A stretch of DNA of 64,000 bases from positions 256,001 through 320,000 of the forward strand of contig CP147779.1 of assembly GCA_037308085.1 (NCBI GenBank), read 5' to 3'. The stretch is from Promethearchaeati archaeon SRVP18_Atabeyarchaeia-1. GTDB taxonomy: Archaea > Asgardarchaeota > Atabeyarchaeia > Atabeyarchaeales > Atabeyarchaeaceae. The notes under the pieces were generated by a model that had not been told where the DNA came from, ran no database searches, and worked only from the letters and a program-made list of their open reading frames with translations. A program made the position numbers and the translations under genes. Shown in pieces: positions 1 through 8,611 of the stretch; the stretch's first letter is position 1; each line of letters starts with the position of its first letter.

Positions 1-698
1 ACTTCGTCGACGATGTCGATTATTGGTCTGAAGTCTGGCAATCCATAGAGAGGCTCTATGCAGAAGGAGCAGCCTCCTGATATACATCTCGGGCATCCTC
101 GATAGGTCTCCACTTCACAAATCAGTGTTTCAGGGTAGTTTGGATGCTGCTTGACGATCTCTGCACCCTTCACAGCATATTGCGCTATTTCGTGGGCACT
201 GCTTCTCTTCACTTCTCTGTCAATCCTGTCTTCATGCAATTTCTCTCTCACTAATTGTGAGACAACGACCTCGACATCGCCATGAGCCACAACATCGAAT
301 AATGAGGAGATCATCTTGTCAGGTCTTTCAGCAATCTTTCCTCCTTCGACACCGCAACCGAATGTCGCTGCTGGACCTCCTAACACTTTGACGGGTTTAC
401 TGACCATCTTCATGTAATGAGTGATTTCCTTCAAGTCCCCAGGTGTACCTCCTAAGTACTTCCCTGGCACAGCGACTCCAGCTATGACAACAAGAAGATC
501 CAAGCGGTTCAATTGGGAGAGTATATCCGATGCGAATCGTCGTGTTTGATCCACAGTGAAGTAGCGTGTTGTACTCTCCGGATTTGAATGGGAAATTGCG
601 CCTGCCACGTAGCGTGGGTAGGGGGAAAGGTACGGCGGCACCCCCAGACATGCCGGCTCATCAACATAGCAATCAAGTATACCAGCTTTCACTCTCAT
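1..698 (-). CDS. Radical SAM protein (COG1031-like), 3' end runs off the window
   Basis: Not in the ORF track. Manual translation from ATG 698 gives MRVKAGILDCYVDEPACLGVPPYLSPYPRY...EVETYRGCPRCISGGCSFC (DEPACLGVPPY family motif plus radical SAM Cys motif). Confidence 0.8.
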   Translation of the reverse strand, partial: MRVKAGILDCYVDEPACLGVPPYLSPYPRYVAGAISHSNPESTTRYFTVDQTRRFASDILSQLNRLDLLVVIAGVAVPGKYLGGTPGDLKEITHYMKMVSKPVKVLGGPAATFGCGVEGGKIAERPDKMISSLFDVVAHGDVEVVVSQLVREKLHEDRIDREVKRSSAHEIAQYAVKGAEIVKQHPNYPETLICEVETYRGCPRCISGGCSFCIEPLYGLPDFRPIIDIVDE

Positions 699-868
699 CT
701 TCTCCGAATCAGAAAGAACCAGCGGCCACTTACTGATTTACCATTCCTACATCAATCTACTTGCTGCAGTCTTAAATAATCGCGAGGTAACGGTTTCCCT
801 CGGGCATTTCGTGGATTGCGTTAAGATTCTTTAGCTTGCACAGTCTCCACGACCGAGAGAGCTGACAA

Positions 869-1777
869 TCACTTGTGCCTAAGCGACTCTGCGATCGCGT
901 GCATTTCCGCAATGTCAGGTGCGCTCGAAGAACTGAGGAAGATATGGAGCATTCTGCCACCGGCAGAAGGATATGGAACAACTACTTCGTGGTGCATGGT
1001 CTTCTTTGCCGACCATACGTGCCACTCGACATCGGCGCCCAGCAATTGTTCTTTTGGTTTTGTGAACCTCACTTTTTCACGCTCGTGGTGGTAGCTGGGG
1101 TGGTCGCCGATATACACCCCGAGCTGGGAACTCGGCGCTCCCAAAGGGACCACCTTCTGCAGCCGATAGACTGTAAAATCTAGTCCAGGCTGCGCCGTGA
1201 GCGCATATCCATCGGGGACTAGGGCGGTAAATGCTCCAATCTCGCGCGGGCCGCCTTTGAGGTTGAGCACCTTGTCGCCGGGTGCAATGGTCGCGGCGAT
1301 TGAGCGAGCCAACTTTACGCAACCTGCCGCGTCCGCGCCTGCCTTGCGGTTGACGAAGAACCCGAGCAATTGGACCAAGCCGTCTTCATGGTTCATGACC
1401 ACGGATAGGACAGGGACGGCGGTCTTGTGAAGATCCAGCTTTGCCGGTGAAATGAGGAATCCGCGACTCTCGCGCGCTTCTATCCTAGCGCCACCCATCT
1501 CCCACGTGTCGACCATCTTCTTGACCTGCCTCTCAAAGTCTTTGCTGGCCGTTCTAAGAAGCTCGTATGCCATGACGATTAGGCGCTCGTCGCCCGCATC
1601 CAGCACGACGCGTGACTCTTCCTCCGCTGATTCTGCGGCGGACATAATGTTCTCGTGTCGCGCTTCGAGCTTAGCGCCCGCGGGCATCCGGATCGTGAGA
1701 CGCCCATTCAAGAGCTTCAGCGGCCGATCCACAAGTTCCAGTTGCCTCAACTTGCCTTGAGCCATTTTACACCACAT
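869..1777 (-). CDS. Hypothetical protein, GC-rich
   Basis: 302-aa ORF; likely start MAQGK at 1765; no motif recognised. Confidence 0.7.
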   Translation of the reverse strand: MWCKMAQGKLRQLELVDRPLKLLNGRLTIRMPAGAKLEARHENIMSAAESAEEESRVVLDAGDERLIVMAYELLRTASKDFERQVKKMVDTWEMGGARIEARESRGFLISPAKLDLHKTAVPVLSVVMNHEDGLVQLLGFFVNRKAGADAAGCVKLARSIAATIAPGDKVLNLKGGPREIGAFTALVPDGYALTAQPGLDFTVYRLQKVVPLGAPSSQLGVYIGDHPSYHHEREKVRFTKPKEQLLGADVEWHVWSAKKTMHHEVVVPYPSAGGRMLHIFLSSSSAPDIAEMHAIAESLRHK

Positions 1778-1933
1778 TTCATTTTGGATTGGTGATGTTC
1801 GGTATACGTTATTGCTTACTTAAACGTGCCGAGAGTCCTCCTCGCGGAAAAGCTATTCCGAGCCAAGAAAATGCTGCGCCTAGCCTCTCAGACGCTTCGG
1901 TTTCTTCAGCCACTAACCGGAAACCAAGATGTT

Positions 1934-2263
1934 CTACTTCTCCATCGTTCTGAACCGCGGGGGGGCGACTCGCTCCTCCTTGCACTTCGGGCATTTCTTC
2001 GGGCGCCGAGGTTTCTTCAGACTTTTGAATACGAAGCCACATGCCCTACACGTGGGGGGAAACATAATTACGCATTCCCGCCCTCTCGACTCCGCGTAGA
2101 CGCTTTTAGCAATGTGGTCTAGGTCCTCATAGATTGTCTCCACATCAATGCGTTCGCCGAGCAATGCTACTATGTCTTCAACGGAGAGCGGGTTCTTGGA
2201 GTCTTTCAGCATCCGCTGTATCCGTTCGCGCCTGCTTAGCATCAACATAGTGATGAGAACCAT
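1934..2263 (-). CDS. HTH-Zn-ribbon transcriptional regulator (COG3357-like)
   Basis: N-terminal HTH followed by PPTCRACGF...CPKCKEE. Confidence 0.8.
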   Translation of the reverse strand: MVLITMLMLSRRERIQRMLKDSKNPLSVEDIVALLGERIDVETIYEDLDHIAKSVYAESRGRECVIMFPPTCRACGFVFKSLKKPRRPKKCPKCKEERVAPPRFRTMEK

Positions 2264-2292
2264 CTCTGCCAGTTTGTGAATGGATCCGTAGT

Positions 2293-3315
2293 CTACTTGA
2301 AGTGCTCATAGCCCTTGGGCTCTATCTTCCTGACTCTGCCCCCTTCGGTCTTCAGGGTGACATGGCGTTCCCTCGTTGCTTCCCCTATCTTGTACAGAAT
2401 CCCTCCAGCTTGCTTTATGGCCTTCTGAGCCGCGTCCCACAATCCATGCTTGACCGTAACTACCAACTCATACTCTTCCCCCCCATAAAGCGCCAAGTCC
2501 AGCGGGTCAAGCCTGTTTTCATCAGCAAACCTGAGTACTTCCCGCGGTATGGGAATATCCTCGACACGGAACCCCACCTTGCTTGATCTTGCGAGCTCGT
2601 GCATAGCCCAAGCTAACCCATCAGAGCTATCTATCGACGAAGAAAGACACTTAGACTTGCCCAGGGCCACTCCCTCAAAGACCCGCGCCCTCGGCTCACA
2701 GACCGCCGCAACCAACCGCCGCCTAATTTTAGCATCAGCACGTTCTCTCCCGAGCAGGAGCTTCAACCCAGCCCCAGTCAAACCAAACTGACCAGTTACA
2801 GCCAACGCGTCCCCCACTGAAGCTCCGCTTCTCCTTACCAAGTTCGACTCCTCCGCGAAGCCAAAGGCCATCCCAGAAACTATTAGATCACCTGATTCAC
2901 CTGTGTCTCCTCCAACGACACATGCTCCAAACCTCTCAGCTTCAACCGAAACCCCGCGCATCAAGCTTAACGCATCCCCGACAAGGTAGCTGCGCGGCAG
3001 CCCCAGCGATATCATTATGCCCGTCGGCTGAACTCCCTTCGCGCCAAGATCACTGAAATTCATGGTTACAGCCTTCCTTCCAACCTGCCGCGGAGTCATC
3101 CCAGGCGGCACGTCCGTGGCGCCAACAAGCATGTCTGCCTTAACAACAACAACTCTGCCGCCCCCCAGTTGCACCGCCGCCGCATCGTCGCCAGTGGGGA
3201 GAGCTTGCCCTGGACAGGGCTTCAATAATCCCAAAATCTTCTTAACCACCGCGCGCTCCCCAGCATCACCCATTGACAATCCCGACAGATTTCTTGGCAA
3301 AACAATCTCCACCAC
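2293..3315 (-). CDS. thiL: Thiamine-monophosphate kinase
   Basis: GDDAA, NFSDLGAKG, VGGDT, DSSDGL and GGEEYEL motifs. Confidence 0.92.
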   Translation of the reverse strand: MVEIVLPRNLSGLSMGDAGERAVVKKILGLLKPCPGQALPTGDDAAAVQLGGGRVVVVKADMLVGATDVPPGMTPRQVGRKAVTMNFSDLGAKGVQPTGIMISLGLPRSYLVGDALSLMRGVSVEAERFGACVVGGDTGESGDLIVSGMAFGFAEESNLVRRSGASVGDALAVTGQFGLTGAGLKLLLGRERADAKIRRRLVAAVCEPRARVFEGVALGKSKCLSSSIDSSDGLAWAMHELARSSKVGFRVEDIPIPREVLRFADENRLDPLDLALYGGEEYELVVTVKHGLWDAAQKAIKQAGGILYKIGEATRERHVTLKTEGGRVRKIEPKGYEHFK

Positions 3316-3534
3316 ACGAGGACACTGCTCCCTTCATATTACTTTGGAGGATAAAAGAATTGACCCGTCAGAGATGCTTCGCCGTCAACTAATGTAACAA
3401 TGGTCGGGGTGGAACCATAGGCTCCGTCTTTGCGCAAGTGAATTCGACGCGACGGCAAATTGGAAAAACTTAAAAAGGAAGAAGCCGAGAATCCACTTAC
3501 AAGGACGATAGAAGGTCCCCGAGTCAGAACACGT

Positions 3535-3744
3535 GCGGAGGTAGCCAATCAAAGCCTTTCACGAAAAGGCTGGGCAAGGCCTGGTCAAAGGCGCAGGAAT
3601 GAGGATCGCCATTTATGGCGAGCATATGTCCTGTTCCGTAGGGATTATGATCCGCCGCAGGGTTGGTGGTGGCGGTTAGTCCCGTATCGTGGGTTCAAAT
3701 GCCGGGTTGGAGCCGCAACTCGGCTGAGACTCCCTCCCTCCGCA
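3535..3744 (+). tRNA. tRNA-Leu(GAG) with four BHB-like introns (3549-3578, 3605-3627, ~3646-3686, 3700-3730)
   Basis: Spliced product is GCGGAGGTAGCCAAGCCTGGTCAAAGGCGCAGGAATGAGGGTCCTGTTCCGTAGGGATTCGTGGGTTCAAATCCCTCCCTCCGCA, matching the archaeal Leu consensus. Each insert is a hairpin flanked by 3-nt bulges. Confidence 0.85.
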
Positions 3745-4095
3745 TCAGCTCTTCCGAATTCCTGCCTCTGAAGGACTACTGGCGTCCCTGCTGTGTGGCT
3801 GCTGGGCTGGTTGGTCGCCCGCTATTCTCCTTAACGAGGTTTCTCTCTCCTTTCCCTTCTTTGTGAGTCCTCTGTAGATATTGATTCTTCTGTGCCGACA
3901 TCTTCGTGGTAAGGGGTTGCGTGCCTGGAGCTTCGAAATACTGATAGGGGTTGGGCGTATGGAGCACCGTTGGGTAACTGTTATTTACTACACGCGTTTA
4001 TTCTTGAGGTGTCTCAGTCTTCGTGTTTGTTCTGACTACTGCAAGGGTATGACTGGTGGAGAACTGCTTCTGAGCTCGAGGTGCGGAGAGGAACG

Positions 4096-5742
4096 ATGGA
4101 TTTCGAGATAAGGGATAAGGATGTTTGTGGGCGTATTGGCGCGATCAGGACGAAGACTGGGTGCTTCGAGACGCCTGTTCTCTTGCCGGTTGTCAATCCT
4201 TTTGCGCTTAGGGGTCTCTCCCCGTCTGATCTTGAGAAGGAGTTCGGGTGCGAGGCAATAATAACAAATGCGTATCTTCTCTGGAAGCACTCTGCGAAGG
4301 AGTCTTTTGAGCGTGGCGTCCACAAACTGCTTGACTTCTCTAAAAGCATTATGACTGACTCGGGCGCATATCAACTATTAACCTATGGTGACGTGGGAGT
4401 GGAACCGAGGGAAATTGTAGCTTTCCAGGAGAATATAGGGAGCGATATTGCGGTCATCCTAGATGTTCCCACAGGAGGGTATGAGAAACGGGATCGTGCG
4501 GTTTTCACGGTCGACGAAACCATAAGGCGTGCCAAGGAACTGGGAAGCATAAAGAGAAGAGATGATATTCTGTGGGTCGGTCCAGTGCAGGGTGGAACAT
4601 ACCTAGATCTCGTGGAGCACTCCGCTAGGGAGATGGGGAAACTTGGTTTCGATATCTACGCCATAGGTAGCCCTACTCAGATCATGGAATCGTATAGGTT
4701 CGACAAGCTTGTTGACTTGGTGGCTACGGCCAAGTTCAATCTGCCGATAGAGAAACCAGTGCATCTTTTTGGGGCCGGGCATCCTTCGATCTTCTCCCTT
4801 GCTGTGGCACTTGGATGCGACATGTTTGACTCGGCGTCGTATGTTCTCTACGCTAAGGACGATAGGTATATGACTGGCTCTGGAACTCGAAGGCTAGGTG
4901 ATTTGAGGGAGAAGGTCTGCACCTGTCCCGCTTGCCAGAGGTTCGAGTTGAAGGAGATGTTGGCTCTCCCTGCGGATGAACGCTTCACCGTTGTCGCTCG
5001 GCATAACCTCTACCTGTGCTTGAATGAGATTCGGGTGATCAAGCAGGCAATACATGAGGGAAGGCTCTGGGAGCTTGTCGAAGTCAGAGCTAGAACGCAC
5101 CCACGGCTATTGGAGGGGCTGAAGAGGCTGCGGAAATATCGCAGACAACTTGAGAAATATAGCCCTATGGTTAAGCCCCATGCAATCTTCTACGCTGGTC
5201 CTGAATCATTGCTGAGACCAGAAGTAACTAGGCACCTAATGAAAATGAATAGGATATCGGCTCCATTGGGAACCGAGATTCTCGTAATACTCCCTGAGCC
5301 AGACAAGAAACCGTTCAGTAAGTCGAAGCAACAGAGAAAGTACAGAAGAATAATTAGGGAAGCTCTTGGTAGGGGACAGCTGGAGAAGATTCATATTTGC
5401 ACCGTATCGAAGTTTTTCGGTCTGATACCGATGGAGCTTGATGAAACCTATCCACTTGCTCAGCATGAGGCACCAAGAACACCTGATCTGGAATCAAGGA
5501 AAATGATATCACACTCAATCAAATCTTACGTAAGAAAACACAAGTATCGTGCTGTGCTGCTTCACGCTGATCACAAGGTTCTTGGCAAATGTGCGACTGA
5601 TAGTATCCTCAAATTGTGCGTGCAGCTTGGAATATTCGCCCTTCTAACTCCAAGAGAAGCGATTCACCCCAGAAGCAAGCAAGCCCTGGATGAGTTTAGA
5701 CACGCAATTATCGAGGCACAGAGTCACCTAGACGGAGAGTAA
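4096..5742 (+). CDS. tgtA: Archaeosine tRNA-guanine(15) transglycosylase
   Basis: ETPVLLPVVNP, MTDSGAYQ, HLFGAGHP, FDSASY and CTCPAC Zn motifs. Confidence 0.92.
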   Translation: MDFEIRDKDVCGRIGAIRTKTGCFETPVLLPVVNPFALRGLSPSDLEKEFGCEAIITNAYLLWKHSAKESFERGVHKLLDFSKSIMTDSGAYQLLTYGDVGVEPREIVAFQENIGSDIAVILDVPTGGYEKRDRAVFTVDETIRRAKELGSIKRRDDILWVGPVQGGTYLDLVEHSAREMGKLGFDIYAIGSPTQIMESYRFDKLVDLVATAKFNLPIEKPVHLFGAGHPSIFSLAVALGCDMFDSASYVLYAKDDRYMTGSGTRRLGDLREKVCTCPACQRFELKEMLALPADERFTVVARHNLYLCLNEIRVIKQAIHEGRLWELVEVRARTHPRLLEGLKRLRKYRRQLEKYSPMVKPHAIFYAGPESLLRPEVTRHLMKMNRISAPLGTEILVILPEPDKKPFSKSKQQRKYRRIIREALGRGQLEKIHICTVSKFFGLIPMELDETYPLAQHEAPRTPDLESRKMISHSIKSYVRKHKYRAVLLHADHKVLGKCATDSILKLCVQLGIFALLTPREAIHPRSKQALDEFRHAIIEAQSHLDGE

Positions 5743-5770
5743 GCGTCAAGAAGCTACCGGGGAATGTTGA

Positions 5771-6442
5771 GTGAAAGAACTAAGGCTAGACCTGCATATT
5801 CATACATGGTACTCAAAGGACGGAATACATCCTCCGAGCCTCATATTGAAAACCGCATTCTCCAAGGGGTTGGATGTCATCGCATTGACGGACCACAATT
5901 CTGTTCGAGGATTAAAGGGGATAAGAGGTGGAGTTCACGGCATCACAATTGTGCCCGGCATTGAAGTGGACACAATCGAAGGGCATGTGATAGGGCTCGG
6001 AATCGAAACCGAGATAAAGCCTTGGCTGACTGCAGCCGAAACGATTGAGCGGATCAGAGACGAAGGAGGAATTTCGGTGATTCCACATCCGTTCGACTAC
6101 CTCCGGCGTGGTATCGGATCAAGAGCCAAGACGATCGGGGCTGATTTAATCGAGGTAATGAATTCCAGATCCAATACGCCTCTTGCTAACTATTGGGCTA
6201 GAAGAACCGCCGACAAAATACACAGCCCGATTACGGCTGGCAGTGACGCACACTTGGCCGAGGATGTTGGAAATGTATTCTTAGCGTTCGACAACGAGGA
6301 AAGTGAACAAAGTGTCGACTCGATTCTTAGGTTGCTGACTTCGCGACGGGGAGCTAAGCCCAGAGTTGTAGGCGGTCTGACGCCCCTGAGTAGCAGAGTA
6401 AGGAAAATAGCTTTGGTGAGACTAAAAAGAACAAGCGGATAG
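5771..6442 (+). CDS. PHP-domain metal-dependent phosphoesterase
   Basis: DLHIHT, LTDHN, PHP and GSDAH motifs. Confidence 0.88.
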   Translation: MKELRLDLHIHTWYSKDGIHPPSLILKTAFSKGLDVIALTDHNSVRGLKGIRGGVHGITIVPGIEVDTIEGHVIGLGIETEIKPWLTAAETIERIRDEGGISVIPHPFDYLRRGIGSRAKTIGADLIEVMNSRSNTPLANYWARRTADKIHSPITAGSDAHLAEDVGNVFLAFDNEESEQSVDSILRLLTSRRGAKPRVVGGLTPLSSRVRKIALVRLKRTSG

Positions 6443-6460
6443 ACACAGGTTAGAAGAGCA

Positions 6461-7687
6461 TTAGAGCTTTTGAAGCCCCAAATCGATTTCCAGAGTTCTC
6501 CTCTTCTGCTGCGCCAAAGCACTTCTTGCGATCCCGAATTCACTTGCTTTCGCGTCTTGCCTCTTTAGGGCTTCTATTTTGGCCGTGGATTCTATGACGT
6601 TGCTCTCAACATAAACTCCGAGCTCTTTCATTTCAGCAAGCTCATGGAAACCTGCCTCGAACCCCATGGTATCGGCGTCAGGACCCAGAACAGACTCACC
6701 TTTTATCCCTGTGAGGAGAAGTATCGTCCTTATGATTCCATTGAGGTTAGGAGAGACCCGTGCTCCCCAGATTACCTTTGAGCTCGGCGCCATCCTTCTC
6801 GTTACGAGTTCGGCGACCCGGGTAGCTTCTGAGAGAGTCATATCCGCCCCACCTGAGACGTGAACTAGCGCACCGGTCGCCCCTGTGACGACAAGAGAAA
6901 GCAGAGGATTGTTTAGCGCTTCTTCAACTGATTTCTCGGCCCTGTTCTCCCCCTCAGCCTCCCCGATACCTATTATGGCTACACCGCCGACACCCATGAT
7001 TGATCTGATATCAGCAAAATCGAGGTTAATGAGAGACGGCAGCTTGATCGTTTCAGTGATTCCCTTAACCATGGTTGCAAGAACCTCATCGGCGACCGCA
7101 AAGGCCTCTTCAATCGGGTAGTCTGGCGCAACCTCCAGTAGCTTGTTATTATCCACCACTACAACCGTATCCACATGTTCCCTTAGTCTGCTGAGACCTT
7201 CACGCGCCCTTTGGTTCCTAAGTTCCCCTTCGACCTTGAAAGGTAGAGTCACAACCCCTATCACTATGGCCCCGACCTGCTTAGCTATCTCGGCCATAAT
7301 AGGAGCTCCGCCGGTTCCTGTTCCTCCCCCCAAACCGCATGTTACGAAAACCATGTCGGCGCCCTCTAACGCCTGCGAGAGAATCAGGCGACTCTCCTCG
7401 GCGGCAGCAGCGCCTAGCTCTGGATCTCCTCCAGCACCAAGACCACGGGTAGTTTTCTCCCCTATCAATATCTTCCTGTGAGCAGGAACCGAGTCTAGGT
7501 GCTGTTTGTCGGTATTTATCGCAATACACTCCGCGCCTTGAATCCCGAGATGCATCATTCGTTTAACAGTATTGTTGCCGCCTCCGCCAACGCCACAAAT
7601 AATAATCACTGCCTTGCCTGGCTCACGAACACTTGACGCTCTCTCTTCCTTCGCGTGTTTGATGGCATTCTGGATTATCGATTTCAT
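6461..7687 (-). CDS. ftsZ: Cell division protein FtsZ (FtsZ2-like context)
   Basis: GVGGGGNN, GGGTGTG signature and INLDFAD. Confidence 0.95.
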   Translation of the reverse strand: MKSIIQNAIKHAKEERASSVREPGKAVIIICGVGGGGNNTVKRMMHLGIQGAECIAINTDKQHLDSVPAHRKILIGEKTTRGLGAGGDPELGAAAAEESRLILSQALEGADMVFVTCGLGGGTGTGGAPIMAEIAKQVGAIVIGVVTLPFKVEGELRNQRAREGLSRLREHVDTVVVVDNNKLLEVAPDYPIEEAFAVADEVLATMVKGITETIKLPSLINLDFADIRSIMGVGGVAIIGIGEAEGENRAEKSVEEALNNPLLSLVVTGATGALVHVSGGADMTLSEATRVAELVTRRMAPSSKVIWGARVSPNLNGIIRTILLLTGIKGESVLGPDADTMGFEAGFHELAEMKELGVYVESNVIESTAKIEALKRQDAKASEFGIARSALAQQKRRTLEIDLGLQKL

Positions 7688-7743
7688 CGACTACCCTCCA
7701 AAGCCGATAATCTCCCCTATTTCCTTGGGCTTTCTGCCTAGGC

Positions 7744-7935
7744 CTACCTTGCAAGGACAGATGCGGTGGCACTTGAGGGGCGTTCCCATAACTCGTTCTT
7801 CAACAGATCCCTTACAGCAATCCGAATTGCCTCTGACCTGTTGGGATAAATTCTCGACCTGACGAGTTCCTCTATGCCCTCGAGGAAAGCTTCTGGTAGA
7901 TGTATTGTTACAAGTCTTAGACCTCGATGTTCCAT
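7744..7935 (-). CDS. cdrS: Ribbon-helix-helix regulator, CdrS-like
   Basis: VTIHLP...YPNRSEAIRIAVRDLL, lying directly upstream of ftsZ. Confidence 0.8.
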   Translation of the reverse strand: MEHRGLRLVTIHLPEAFLEGIEELVRSRIYPNRSEAIRIAVRDLLKNELWERPSSATASVLAR

Positions 7936-8252
7936 AATATATTCTCACCAGAATACTACTTCGTAATACGGGCATATAAGCCTAAGTAATGCGTGTGACA
8001 TCTGCTCGGATTACATCATGACCATCTCCTTATAAACCTATCTTGGATGCTTCATCATGTTCGCGGCATCAAAGATGTCCTGGAGCTTAGACTCGAGAAA
8101 TCGATTTACATTCTGTATAATACCGCACTTTTGAGCCAATTGACTCCTTTTTGGGCAAATTTGAGCCTGAATCGCACGATAATTGTCATCTGGCTCCAGG
8201 TCTGAGCATTGTATTAGTCCTGCGGTTGCGGGCGTATCACCGACGTAATACT

Positions 8253-8555
8253 TTAGCCACCAGATATTGGGGGCAGTATTGCAACCACATCGCCGTCCCT
8301 GACCTGAGCATTGAGACTCTCAGGATTTCTGAGGCTCTGCCCATTGACCATTAAGGAGATCTGCTGTTTTATGGAATCTTGCCCGGGTTCCTCAAATACG
8401 TACCCACTGAAGTCTTTCCCGTACTGCGTTGAGAGCCTTCGGAGAACATCCCGTAACGTCGTCTTCGTTTTCTCCAGTTCCATCTTCTCCTCTCTTTTTC
8501 CGGTAATGTCCCGGAGAGCCGCGAAGAACTTTATCGTTATCTTCGTCGTCCTCAC
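8253..8555 (-). CDS. MoaD/SAMP ubiquitin-like protein
   Basis: IKFFAALR at the N-terminus and ILPPISGG at the C-terminus. Confidence 0.88.
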   Translation of the reverse strand: MRTTKITIKFFAALRDITGKREEKMELEKTKTTLRDVLRRLSTQYGKDFSGYVFEEPGQDSIKQQISLMVNGQSLRNPESLNAQVRDGDVVAILPPISGG

Positions 8556-8611
8556 CTATTCCTCTGCTCCCTCGGTGCACGCTCCTGCTGGTCTACCTAG
8601 ATGAGGTTTCG

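Noticed and set aside
3330-3460. TPP riboswitch upstream of thiL
   Set aside because: The CUGAGA and ACCUGA cores are absent on the sense strand.
3460-3866. Track ORFs 3460-3771 and 3663-3866
   Set aside because: They overlap the intron-containing tRNA-Leu and have no protein features.
3776-4090. Small ORFs between tRNA-Leu and tgtA
   Set aside because: No recognisable motif or RBS; could not be supported.
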